Origin: an uncultured virus (IMG/VR IMGVR_UViG_3300017931_000006)
Taxonomy: Duplodnaviria > Heunggongvirae > Uroviricota > Caudoviricetes > Crassvirales
IMG/VR virus record: IMGVR_UViG_3300017931_000006
Reading direction: 5' to 3' (one strand)
DNA: 64,000 bases
Position 1 is the first letter of the stretch. Every line of letters starts with the position of its first letter. Shown piece after piece: positions 46,943-56,326 of this stretch. A program made the translations under genes and the position numbers. The notes under the pieces were generated by a model. The model ran no database searches and had not been told where the DNA came from. It saw only the letters and a program-made list of their open reading frames with translations.

Positions 46943-47539
46943 ATGGAAAGAGGAAATGCGATTGACCGCGCTACAGCAAAAGTCTTTGGTGGCGGCGGAA
47001 ATACCGAGCAATGTGACGCTCACGGAGTTTATGATGTAGTATGTTGGGAAGGCGAGCCAGAAAAGAGTAAAATACTATGGCGCGACAAAGCTTACAACAC
47101 AGTAGTCACTGTGGGTGCCAACCAGATCATAAACTCTGCTTTTGGCGCAGGTCCGGTGGCGGGTCCGTTCTTAGGACTCATCAGCGCAGTGGGCTGGAGT
47201 GCTGTAGCAGCAGGTGACACCATGGCATCACACGCAGGATGGAATGAAGCCGGTAACGGAGTCAACTATCCGAACTGGAGCACACCTGCCTCCAATGCCA
47301 GAATAGCTGTCACATTTGGCGCTGCTGCCGCAAGGTCAGCATCGATCACAGCCGTCAACTTTATTATAGCAACCAATGGCGGTACTGTCGAGGGTTGTTT
47401 TATAGTATTTGGCTCAGGAGCTGTAGTTACCAACGCAAACACAGGTGGCGTATTACTGTCTGCTGGAGTATTCACAGGTGGTGCACAGGGTGTTTCCGTA
47501 GGCAATACATTACAGGTAGGATATTCTTTTGGGATATAA
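46943..47539 (+). CDS. Putative virion fibre-associated structural protein
   Basis: Gly/Ala-rich beta protein; NTVVTVG, DTMASHAGW.E, GNTLQV.Y. Confidence 0.6.
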   Translation: MERGNAIDRATAKVFGGGGNTEQCDAHGVYDVVCWEGEPEKSKILWRDKAYNTVVTVGANQIINSAFGAGPVAGPFLGLISAVGWSAVAAGDTMASHAGWNEAGNGVNYPNWSTPASNARIAVTFGAAAARSASITAVNFIIATNGGTVEGCFIVFGSGAVVTNANTGGVLLSAGVFTGGAQGVSVGNTLQVGYSFGI

Positions 47540-47567
47540 TTCCCAATCTCCCTTCTAACCCTAGGTC

Positions 47568-49301
47568 ATGGCAATAGTAAGGGTTCAGACATTTCATCAG
47601 TACCCTGCACTAAGTGGTACATCATACGCATTTGGTTCCAATAACACAGTTGGTAACCTAATTGTGGTATGTGTGACTGCTAATTATGTTTCAGCATATG
47701 ATGCTGTAGTTACTGATACACAAGGAAATGCTTACTCCTCCCTTACTGCTGCCTATGGTACACTACAATCTACTGCCCAAATATGGTATGCTCCTAACTG
47801 CAAAGCTGGAGCTAACTCTGTCATTGTAACTTTTAGTAAAGTAAACTCTGTAGCAATTCAGGCTATGGAGTATTCTGGCTGTAAGACTACAAGCCCACTA
47901 GATGTTGCAATGACACCAATGTGGGCACTAGGTAATAATACTACATCACTACAGAGTAATAGCTTCTCACCAACAGCAGGAAGCCTGATAGTCATGGGGT
48001 ATTCTAACATGTACTTGGATCCCGGGACCACGACCTCCAATGATGGCATTACTGTATTTGAATACGACACCTCTCAGTATGACCTCGTAGGAGACAACCT
48101 TGCGGCCTCAGCGGGCAGCCAGACCTTTACCTTGTCTTTTGCTAACAACATGGGGAACATAAGGTACTACGCCTTAGTCTGTGCATGCTTTCTGGCAGCC
48201 GGGGGGACCACGTATGTAAAGTCAATCTCTGAAACCGGGAGTGCCACAGACAGCCTGACTGAGAAGGCGATAGCTAAAATAAGTGAGTCGGGATCAGCAG
48301 CCGACACCCCTAGCTTCAGTCAGTTTCTATTCCCAAAATCTATTTCTGAGGCGGGCAGCGCATCTGACAGCCTATCTTTTACGGCATTCTTTTTTACTAA
48401 ATCCATCGCGGAGACCGGCAGCGCTTCGGATAATCCTACGTTCTCACAGTTCGTATTCACTTCTACCATATCCGAAACCGGTAACGCAGCCGACAGTGTA
48501 TCATATTCGCAGTTCCTGTACCCGGTTGGCATCATAGAAGCAGGCTCGGCTTCCGACAGTCCTGCCGAGGCCGCCATGGCTTCAATCACTGAATCGGCTT
48601 CCGCAAGCGATACCCCTATAGCCTACGCCTTGTCGGTCATCTCAGAAGCCGGATCCGCTACAGACTCCCCGAGCTCAACATACCAACTCAACCTCTCTGT
48701 CGTAGAAACAGGTAGCGCCACAGACTCCCCGGTATCAGTAGCCGTTGCGTCCATATCAGAAAGCGCTGCCGCCAGCGACACCACCTACTCTTATGCCGTA
48801 GTATTAGTCACAGAGAACGGTTCGGCCTCCGACGACAACGAAGCATACGCACTGGCTACAATCATCGAAAACGCAAGTGCTTCGGATATCTCGAATTCCC
48901 TGTATCAAATAAATGCCTCCATAACCGAATCCGCAAGCGCCGATGACTCAAACTACTCCTCTGCCATAGCCGAGATCTTCGAATCTGGATCTGCCTCGGA
49001 CTCCATCTCTGCTACCCAGACCTTATTAGCCTTCATCTCTGAGTCCGGCTCTGCCTTCGATTATCCCAGCAGCATTGCCGTCGCCAATATCTCCGAGACT
49101 GGCTCCGCAATAGACACCTTCGACGTAACTCAATCCATCTTAGTATCCATCTTCGAGTCAGGTAACGCCCACGACGCCTACTCCACCATCTCCATAGAGC
49201 CCACTATCTACATGTGGAATGGAACCCTCTGGGATAACAACGTCTCCATTAAAGTGTGGAATGGCACCCTCTGGCAAAATGGAACCATCAAAGTATATTA
49301 A
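47568..49301 (+). CDS. Repeat-rich fibre/spike-like protein
   Basis: Roughly 18 ISE.GSA.D. repeats of about 17-23 aa; C-terminal WNGTLW twice. Confidence 0.65.
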   Translation: MAIVRVQTFHQYPALSGTSYAFGSNNTVGNLIVVCVTANYVSAYDAVVTDTQGNAYSSLTAAYGTLQSTAQIWYAPNCKAGANSVIVTFSKVNSVAIQAMEYSGCKTTSPLDVAMTPMWALGNNTTSLQSNSFSPTAGSLIVMGYSNMYLDPGTTTSNDGITVFEYDTSQYDLVGDNLAASAGSQTFTLSFANNMGNIRYYALVCACFLAAGGTTYVKSISETGSATDSLTEKAIAKISESGSAADTPSFSQFLFPKSISEAGSASDSLSFTAFFFTKSIAETGSASDNPTFSQFVFTSTISETGNAADSVSYSQFLYPVGIIEAGSASDSPAEAAMASITESASASDTPIAYALSVISEAGSATDSPSSTYQLNLSVVETGSATDSPVSVAVASISESAAASDTTYSYAVVLVTENGSASDDNEAYALATIIENASASDISNSLYQINASITESASADDSNYSSAIAEIFESGSASDSISATQTLLAFISESGSAFDYPSSIAVANISETGSAIDTFDVTQSILVSIFESGNAHDAYSTISIEPTIYMWNGTLWDNNVSIKVWNGTLWQNGTIKVY

Positions 49302-49469
49302 AGCTTTACTTTAAGTCAAGAGGTGTAAAATCCTCAGTACCTGTTTTTTAGGTAAGTAAGACTCAGAGGGAAGTCGATCTACGTGTGCCCGCGAGGGGGG
49401 TCCCACCCCGTCCCGGAACTCGTTTTGCCGACCCCCACCCCCATGCTAACGAATTGATCCAGACCCACT

Positions 49470-49519
49470 TGACACCAACACCTTAAAGCTCAACTTCAAC
49501 TAAGTGACACCAACGCCTT
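49470..49519 (+). repeat. Direct repeat TGACACCAACRCCTT x2, 35-bp period
   Basis: 49470-49484 and 49505-49519 in a long non-coding region. Confidence 0.65.
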
Positions 49520-49645
49520 GTAGATCAGCGCGCAACGTCATCAAGCAGCACCGATCATACAAGCTCAACCAGACCAGCATGCTGGGGTGGGGGAGGGGTA
49601 TAGGGGCTATTGTAATGGCGCATCAAACAAGGCCTTTCGAATGCT

Positions 49646-49673
49646 ATTTAACATAATGTTAATTATAAGACGA
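49646..49673 (-). other. dif: XerCD dif-like recombination site
   Basis: Minus strand TCGTCTTATAA-TTAACA-TTATGTTAAAT; 11-6-11 layout; right arm equals the canonical XerD arm. Confidence 0.8.
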
Positions 49674-49954
49674 TGTAAGCATCACCTCGACACATGTCAC
49701 GCCAGAACATAACGCAATAGCTAACGCGTAACGATTGCCTCCCTCCTAGCGGCACTATCTACCAGCTCATAATGAGATCATGCAGCACAGCTCACCATTC
49801 GAAGCCACCTGACTAGTTGTTAACACCTGCTTAAAACAGGGTAAAAAGCACTATATTTGAGCTGTTTTTTCGACCTCTTTTTGACAGAGAGAGCGAGTTG
49901 ACTTCAACTAATACTTGAGGTGAAAGCACCTAATTTCTTTATAATGTGTACATT

Positions 49955-50290
49955 ATGAATAGTGAAGAGGCAGTATCAATCTGGAATCTACAAAGGCCAC
50001 TCTACAAACTACTAGAGACATACAAAAAGAGAATAGGAATAAGCCCGGCAAGTGTTCATCTACTGCAAGTTATGAATGTAAGGCGTGGATCATCACGCGT
50101 GTTTAATCCTTCATCTGTTTGCGCTGACTGTTACGGGACGACATTTAGATGGAGGCAGTTCAAGTGGCTTCGCTTGAATGGCTACATAACTAAGCTAGGC
50201 AAGTTTGAATACTGCTTTGAAAATAAGGCTATTGAATTCCTAGAGGCTTTTAATAGTGAGCTTGAGGCTAAAATCCGTTTACAGAAATAA
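49955..50290 (+). CDS. Winged-helix (MarR-like) protein
   Basis: WLRLNGYITK..Y....KA.EFL wing pattern. Confidence 0.5.
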   Translation: MNSEEAVSIWNLQRPLYKLLETYKKRIGISPASVHLLQVMNVRRGSSRVFNPSSVCADCYGTTFRWRQFKWLRLNGYITKLGKFEYCFENKAIEFLEAFNSELEAKIRLQK

Positions 50291-50455
50291 GAGAAGCCAG
50301 ATTGTTAGTCTGGCTTCAATGCTGCCCGGGGTTTGCACCTCAAATGCTTACGCATCTCACATTATATTTCAGCTTTGCCGGGGAAATTTAGTCACAACGA
50401 CAAACGAAAAAAGAGCCAGAACAGACAGCTACCTGTCACCGATGGCACGGATATC

Positions 50456-50992
50456 TTAGATAATACCCATTGTTTTAGTATTATTAATTTTTTTTTGTCT
50501 GGCTATGTAAGCAGCGATATGCTTTTTACTGCAAAAACCTTTACCTTTGTGTTTATAGACCTTGTGAGGCATGGGTTCATTGCAATACTCACACTTAGGA
50601 GCTGTGGCCTTGTCTCTTGCTAGCTTGCGGCCTGAATTAACGAAGTCAACAAAACAATGCTGGCTGCAATAGAATTCCCCCTCTTCTTTGAATGGCTCGT
50701 CTTCACCTGTGATAAGCTTACCACAGCCGGGACAATGCTTGTCTTGTTTGAATGTCTCCCTGTAAGCTTTCTGGTAACAAGGCTCAGAACAATAGAACCT
50801 TCCTTTTAATGAAATGCTTTTTAATTTCTTTCCAATGATGGGATTATGACACTGGGAACACAATACTAGCTCATTATCAACTTCCCTTGCTTCTGGATAC
50901 TGCTCGATGGCTACATGAGGCTGGCCTGCTACCTTAGAGCTAAACTTTTCGTACTGCTCCATCGTCTCAAATGTCAACTCTACCTTAATCAT
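50456..50992 (-). CDS. Protein with three MYM/TRASH-type zinc fingers
   Basis: CSQC..FYCSEPC; CPGC..FYCSQHC; CEYC..FCSKKH. Confidence 0.7.
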   Translation of the reverse strand: MIKVELTFETMEQYEKFSSKVAGQPHVAIEQYPEAREVDNELVLCSQCHNPIIGKKLKSISLKGRFYCSEPCYQKAYRETFKQDKHCPGCGKLITGEDEPFKEEGEFYCSQHCFVDFVNSGRKLARDKATAPKCEYCNEPMPHKVYKHKGKGFCSKKHIAAYIARQKKINNTKTMGII

Positions 50993-51158
50993 TGGTAAGC
51001 TTTTTTATAGTTTGAATAATTCAGGGATCAAAGAAGCTACGATGAAAAATAATTGAATCATTTTGTTTTATTCTTGAAACACCAGATATAATAATGACTG
51101 TAAATAAATATCTGGCCTATACTAATAATAAGCCAGATCGCAAAACGAGCTATTAATC

Positions 51159-51398
51159 TCATGCTTGCTTACTAACTAGCTTTGGTATCGCTGCCAATGC
51201 TGTCTGAACTGATGTCAATGAGGCCTGCTCTGCTTCCAGTAACTTCTGGAGGTCTGTCTCAACCACTGTAACGATGTCGGTAATACACTGACCACGCATA
51301 GAGGGCGGGCAAATTTTAATGATCTTCTCAGCTACTTCTGCAACGAGCTTCTCAATTTCTTTCTTGACACCTTCATCAATTTTCTCAATAATTTCCAT
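51159..51398 (-). CDS. Hypothetical helical protein
   Basis: ORF with A-rich start. Confidence 0.5.
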   Translation of the reverse strand: MEIIEKIDEGVKKEIEKLVAEVAEKIIKICPPSMRGQCITDIVTVVETDLQKLLEAEQASLTSVQTALAAIPKLVSKQA

Positions 51399-51554
51399 TG
51401 ATCAATTTTTTAAGTAAGGTTTTGTTCTGAAATAGGCTATGAGCCTGACTTTGAGAGTACGCATATAGAGCCTGATGGCCTTACTTGAGGCCTCCGATCT
51501 TTTTTTACTTATGACTACGGCACCCTTCATTGTTAGAATCATTCTATTAAAGCG

Positions 51555-51755
51555 CTAAGATACGACATAAATACAGCATTGTCAAGGGTTTTGGTGAATA
51601 AGTTATTAACAGGGAGGGATCTATCTTTTTCTTATAATCATTATAAATAAACATTTTATTGTATTAAATGATATCTGATCTTCAATATATTACAATAAAT
51701 TTAACAATTTTTAACATTTACCCTATTGCTATTCGAGAAAATCGGTGTAATTTTG
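51555..51755. promoter_or_regulatory. Divergent promoter region opening the early operon
   Basis: Minus TTGAC-N18-TATCTTAG (51555-51585); plus TTGCT-N17-TAATTTTG (51726-51755); AT-rich spacer with GGTGAATAAgTTATTAACA. Confidence 0.6.
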
Positions 51756-52024
51756 CTTCGTCGTCCGGGGGTTGTGTCCTCGTCGAAAAGGGAGCAAGAG
51801 CGAATACCCGAAGTAGCACACCACACGCAGCGCACATATAGTGAAACGAGCGGGAAAGTCAGGACAGAGATTTATTTCTCAAGGCTCCATTGACAGAAAG
51901 GAGATAATTTATGCGCCACTATTAAAACAGCGGAACCCCGGTAGATACACGAAAGGCACGAAGCGCGGCAGGTCGGGACTGCCACCGGGGACAATGTTTA
52001 GTATAAACTTAATATTTGTCAATT

Positions 52025-52192
52025 ATGAACAAAATTATTTTAACAATTCAAGGCGGCATCATTCGGTCTATCGGGGCTGTAGATTCTGTAAAAGTAGTCG
52101 TAATAGACTGTGATAATGAAGATAATGAACATGGCGTTACAGTCGATGAACGCGAAAATGATTACTTCATCACGGAATTACAGCAGAGGTGA
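52025..52192 (+). CDS. Small early protein (55 aa, not in track)
   Basis: MNKIILTIQGGIIRSIGAVDSVKVVVIDCDNED... Confidence 0.55.
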   Translation: MNKIILTIQGGIIRSIGAVDSVKVVVIDCDNEDNEHGVTVDERENDYFITELQQR

Positions 52193-52433
52193 AGCCCAAA
52201 AGAAGGCCTATTTCTTTCATGGAAAAATCAAGAAGCTGGTAAGATAAATTACCGCCCGGATACAGTCAAGCTGTGACCCGCGAAGGATGATCCGGGAACA
52301 AATTTAGATTCATTATAAACTAATACTATAAACCAATGAAAAAAAATAAGATCACCAGACAGGGGCTATCCCCTCAAAGTTTGCACCCAGAATTGGTGCA
52401 AGTGTTGGAAAAAATGACTATGGCAAGCCAAAA

Positions 52434-52715
52434 ATGGTAGCAAAATTAGTCTACTTAACAAATTACAACATTTTAAAGGTAAAAAGCTTGCCTTGGACAA
52501 ACACGAAGCCCAGCCGTATCAGTATCACTTCTGAGCGCTTCAAACAACGGATTGAAGTTCCGTACCCGGATGAAGACCTGCCGGGATTCTCAGCATCTTT
52601 CTTAGGCGCCCTTATAGCGCTGAAAGATCGTGGATTCAACATCATAGGCCAAGCAGAAGGCCAAGGTTGTACATACATCATTTCAGACACATTCAAACCA
52701 TTGAAAGGGAAATAG
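52434..52715 (+). CDS. Hypothetical early protein
   Basis: LPWTNTKPSRI motif. Confidence 0.55.
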   Translation: MVAKLVYLTNYNILKVKSLPWTNTKPSRISITSERFKQRIEVPYPDEDLPGFSASFLGALIALKDRGFNIIGQAEGQGCTYIISDTFKPLKGK

Positions 52716-52717
52716 TT

Positions 52718-52906
52718 ATGACAAACGAAGAAATCATCACAGCTAAGAGTGCAGAGATTAAAAGACTGCATAATGTGTGCCAACAAAAAGACAAGGCGTT
52801 GAACACAATAATTCTCAGGCTTATTGCCTTATCTTCGAGGCTTCCAATATTACTAAAACCTGTACTCCTTAACATTATTGACGACGCAAAAGAGATCATG
52901 GGTTAA
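52718..52906 (+). CDS. Hypothetical early protein
   Basis: Start MTNEE directly after the previous stop. Confidence 0.5.
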   Translation: MTNEEIITAKSAEIKRLHNVCQQKDKALNTIILRLIALSSRLPILLKPVLLNIIDDAKEIMG

Positions 52907-52983
52907 CCCACCAGCCGGAAGGGACTATAAGAGGACTACCCCGAGCCTCCCGGCACATAGTTATAAACCAACACCTTAAAACA

Positions 52984-53691
52984 ATGGAAAAGATCATGTA
53001 CAAGGACTGCGAAATCCGCATCTATCAAGATGAATACGCAGAGAACCCACGTGAGGCATGGGACAACTTCGGACACATTGCCTACAAACACCACAATTAC
53101 AAGCTGGGATCAGAAGAAATTCCAGACCCGGTTGATTGGCTTATTGACAAAATCAGCTACACTGACAAAGGAGTACAGAGACTTTGTAAGATGCTCAACT
53201 GCAAAATGTATTCTAATGAATTCAAGGACTATTTAGAATCAGTCTTTGCCAAGAGATACATAGCTTACAAGCTGTACCTGTACGACCACTCCAGCCAGTC
53301 AATCAGCACACAATCCTTCAACGGACGCGCCCAGCATGCAGAATGGGATAGCGGACAGGTAGGCTACATCTATTGCACCATCACAGAAGCCAAGGCCGAA
53401 GGATGGAACAAAAAGTGGTTAGCAGGTAGATCAATCCGTCAGGCTGCACTGGATATTATGCAGGGAGAAATCGACGTCTTCGACAACTACATGCAGGGCA
53501 ATGTGTACGGCTTCAAAACCATAGACCCGGAAGACGATACAGACATAGATTCATGCTGCGGATTCTTCGGAGACCCAAAAGAATCAGGCCTCATAGATGA
53601 AGCAGAAAGCTCCATCGACTACTATCTGGAAGCTAAGGCTAAAGCGCAGAAGGAAATCATTGAATCACTTCAACCTGTGGAGGTAGTATGA
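52984..53691 (+). CDS. Conserved-looking phage early protein of unknown function
   Basis: ENPREAWDN.G, LYLYDHS, WDSGQVGYIY, GNVYGF, DSCCGFFG. Confidence 0.7.
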   Translation: MEKIMYKDCEIRIYQDEYAENPREAWDNFGHIAYKHHNYKLGSEEIPDPVDWLIDKISYTDKGVQRLCKMLNCKMYSNEFKDYLESVFAKRYIAYKLYLYDHSSQSISTQSFNGRAQHAEWDSGQVGYIYCTITEAKAEGWNKKWLAGRSIRQAALDIMQGEIDVFDNYMQGNVYGFKTIDPEDDTDIDSCCGFFGDPKESGLIDEAESSIDYYLEAKAKAQKEIIESLQPVEVV

Positions 53692-54185
53692 AAACAGTAC
53701 AGCAATTCGAGAAGGATCATAAAGGATCAATAGGCGATTTTTATTTTCACGATCCTCACAACTACAAGATTCCTGCCCTCAGTTTAATCTGGGTAGGGAT
53801 CACTCCAAAGGGCAGAATATCCTGTCATTTCCATCAAATGAGATTCTATAAGGGCAGAAAATATCCAACAAAAAAAACAGCCCTATTGGCGCCCCCGGAT
53901 TATTCCCCGTTAACATACGGAGGGGATTCTGCCAAGATTGGGGATTCTGCCAAGATTGGGAATAAAGAAATCGTTTTAAAGACGGTTTTCTTCACAGGAA
54001 CAAGACATACAGTTTTGTGGTACGGGAACGACACTATCCATATTGGCTGCAAGCATATGACTATATCCAAATGGCTCAAAGATAAAGGTAACTCAGCCAG
54101 ATCACAGAGATACTCAGAAGAGCAAATAAAAGAATATCATCAATACATTTTAATCTGTAAAAACCTTCAAAAGCTTATCAAATGA
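53688..54185 (+). CDS. Hypothetical protein with a short GDSAKI tandem repeat
   Basis: 18-bp tandem duplication ggggattctgccaagatt at about 53922-53957. Confidence 0.55.
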   Translation: MKTVQQFEKDHKGSIGDFYFHDPHNYKIPALSLIWVGITPKGRISCHFHQMRFYKGRKYPTKKTALLAPPDYSPLTYGGDSAKIGDSAKIGNKEIVLKTVFFTGTRHTVLWYGNDTIHIGCKHMTISKWLKDKGNSARSQRYSEEQIKEYHQYILICKNLQKLIK

Positions 54186-54460
54186 AAAATCCAATCACAT
54201 TACTTAAACAACTTGTCAACAAGACAAAGAGTGTTCCAAAGAAGGACATCGTTAAGAAAGACGAGAACAAACCAGCTCCCCAAATCCACAAAGAAAAGCG
54301 CAAAAAGAAACTGTCAGGACACTTTAAATGGAGAAGGACTCCGCTTATCGCGCAGCAAATATTAGACCAGAAGCGCAAGAGCAGAAACAGCCGCAACCGT
54401 ATGCAGAAGCGCAGCAGGAAGATCAATCGTTATGGAGCCTACACAAAGAAAGCAGCATGA
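54182..54460 (+). CDS. Highly basic hypothetical protein
   Basis: K/R-rich, ATGA overlaps. Confidence 0.5.
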   Translation: MKNPITLLKQLVNKTKSVPKKDIVKKDENKPAPQIHKEKRKKKLSGHFKWRRTPLIAQQILDQKRKSRNSRNRMQKRSRKINRYGAYTKKAA

Positions 54461-54780
54461 AAAAGACAAATTCTTTCTGGATCATAGGATACCTGTTAAT
54501 AATACTAGCAACTATCTTCTTCAACTCCTGCACCAAGCAGGATCAGGAAAAAGTGGTCTGGCAGAATCTGGACCAGACCACTACCTTCTTCGTATCAATA
54601 GATGGCTCAGGGTCTTTCGAAGTAGTCCCGGGAACCACTAAGATCATCACTCACTGCTGCGGGCAGGCTATGTCAATAGGGCTTACCGCAAAGGTATATC
54701 AGATTGTAAATGACAGCGATATATACGTAAGAAGTATCACCGTCGTATCAAAAAATTATCTATTTTTGTCTAACAAATAA
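54457..54780 (+). CDS. Putative lipoprotein
   Basis: MKKTNSFWIIGYLLIILATIFFNSC lipobox. Confidence 0.6.
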   Translation: MKKTNSFWIIGYLLIILATIFFNSCTKQDQEKVVWQNLDQTTTFFVSIDGSGSFEVVPGTTKIITHCCGQAMSIGLTAKVYQIVNDSDIYVRSITVVSKNYLFLSNK

Positions 54781-54784
54781 ATTA

Positions 54785-55021
54785 ATGGAACAGACATTAG
54801 ATTTAAAAAAAGAATATGCCGACAAACTCAAGAGGTTTAAGGTATACAGGAAGTTTGTTAAATATACAGACCAATGCTTAGGTAATATCAATTTAGAGAA
54901 GTACGACCAACTGGCTTACATTAATCGCGCCCCAAACTTTTATCAATTCGTAGAAAGGGCATTTTTGTGGGACACAACTCCAGAAGGCCATGCATTTTGG
55001 AAAACAATCGCAGCAAAATGA
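54785..55021 (+). CDS. Hypothetical protein
   Basis: AFLWDTTPEGHAFW motif. Confidence 0.55.
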   Translation: MEQTLDLKKEYADKLKRFKVYRKFVKYTDQCLGNINLEKYDQLAYINRAPNFYQFVERAFLWDTTPEGHAFWKTIAAK

Positions 55022-55112
55022 AAGACGAAACCTATTGCGCTATTGCCTTCATGGCAGTAGCTTTTATCATTATGACTATTAAAGAAATTGTTCAACTAAT
55101 CAGAAAAAAGAA

Positions 55113-55691
55113 ATGAGAAAATCAATCGTTATCAAGGGATTCACGACAAGAATCCATGATGTATGCGGCAAAGATCCGCTCAGGGAATGGATGCAAAATA
55201 TATTCTTCCATGATGGGAAGATCTACGCTACCAACTCACATCTAGCAGTGAGGATACCACTGGAACGCTTTAATTTTGAGCCGGATGAGATTAACCTGCT
55301 AAATGGCAGGCACATCACAGCGCAACAATTCGCGTTAATGTTCAATAAGGAAATAAGGTTATCTGTGAGTAGTGGTAAGTTTGAAATAGACATACCCACC
55401 CTCGATATTTCTGTACACACCTTCAACACAAGGCTCACTTTTGAAGCTATGAGGCAGAACCCAATGAGTAAGCTGAATGAGCTATTCAGCGTTGACTGTA
55501 AAAGCGAAGGAACCCGGACACCACTGCTATCGGTAGGATTCATGCCAGCCTTCGCAATGACAATAGCAAAGGCACTGGGAACAACAGGAGCCTGCAAGTT
55601 CTACTTCTCAGCACAGAATAAGCCTATTATTGTCGAAGCTCAGGACGAAACCAAACCGGGGTTAGGATTTTTCATGCCCGTTACGATATGA
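55113..55691 (+). CDS. Short sliding-clamp (DnaN)-like protein
   Basis: DPLREWMQNIFF....ATNSH.AV; KPIIV; GFFMPV C-terminus. Confidence 0.5.
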   Translation: MRKSIVIKGFTTRIHDVCGKDPLREWMQNIFFHDGKIYATNSHLAVRIPLERFNFEPDEINLLNGRHITAQQFALMFNKEIRLSVSSGKFEIDIPTLDISVHTFNTRLTFEAMRQNPMSKLNELFSVDCKSEGTRTPLLSVGFMPAFAMTIAKALGTTGACKFYFSAQNKPIIVEAQDETKPGLGFFMPVTI

Positions 55692-55738
55692 TGTTAATAA
55701 CTTAATATTGACAACCGGGTGTAAATATGCTACATTTG
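55692..55738 (+). promoter_or_regulatory. Sigma-A promoter with upstream TGTTAATAACTT
   Basis: TTGAC (55708)-N18-TACATTTG. Confidence 0.7.
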
Positions 55739-55761
55739 CCCGGATATAAATTTATAGCATC

Positions 55762-55950
55762 ATGGAAAAACTCACAGTAGTGCAGAAGTTCAAACAAAGT
55801 AGGGATTCTCATATTAGGATAGCGTATGGAGCCGCACCAGCACGACAGAAGAAGGAGATGGCAAGATCGCTGGCAAGGAAATACCACACCTGCTTGAAGA
55901 CAATATACAACATCATTAAAAAAGGGAGGCAGAATGACAACAACATCTGA
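55762..55950 (+). CDS. Small HTH regulator
   Basis: SLARKYHTCLKTIYNII. Confidence 0.65.
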   Translation: MEKLTVVQKFKQSRDSHIRIAYGAAPARQKKEMARSLARKYHTCLKTIYNIIKKGRQNDNNI

Positions 55951-56326
55951 AGTCTGGAGATACTTCCAGAGCCACCCAAAACTAGACATCTGTTACAGCA
56001 CTTCTGATGGTAGAATATTTGAGGGACATGATACGGCGGCGCAGCATGTTGACGATCCAGAAGGCCCAATGATGGACAAGGGAATTGTAGTCTGGCACAG
56101 GTCACTAGGAGTTATAGCTGAGTCCTTCGACCTACTCGATAAGATAGATGAATACGTTGACAGGGGAAATCAATCATTAGGGGCAGCAGTAAACAAATTC
56201 AATGCAGAGGTAGTTTTGTCCCCGGAATATGAAGACCCAGAGCCAGTACAGTTTGCCATATGGTTATCCAAAAACAACAAGTTTAAGGCTCATGGCCGCG
56301 CTGCATACACAAAGCTCTATTCATAA
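55934..56326 (+). CDS. Hypothetical protein
   Basis: 130-aa ORF in operon. Confidence 0.5.
   Translation: MTTTSEVWRYFQSHPKLDICYSTSDGRIFEGHDTAAQHVDDPEGPMMDKGIVVWHRSLGVIAESFDLLDKIDEYVDRGNQSLGAAVNKFNAEVVLSPEYEDPEPVQFAIWLSKNNKFKAHGRAAYTKLYS

Noticed and set aside
48200..49200. CRISPR array or DGR repeats
   Set aside because: Repeats are degenerate, in-frame protein repeats; no constant DNA repeat, cas gene or reverse transcriptase seen.
49934..49963. Second Xer-like site TTTCTTTATAA-TGTGTACA-TTATGAATAGT
   Set aside because: 8-bp spacer and poor XerD arm; more likely a palindromic operator overlapping the start of the winged-helix gene.
51756..52000. tRNA or known ribozyme
   Set aside because: No cloverleaf, T-loop or hammerhead core recognised.
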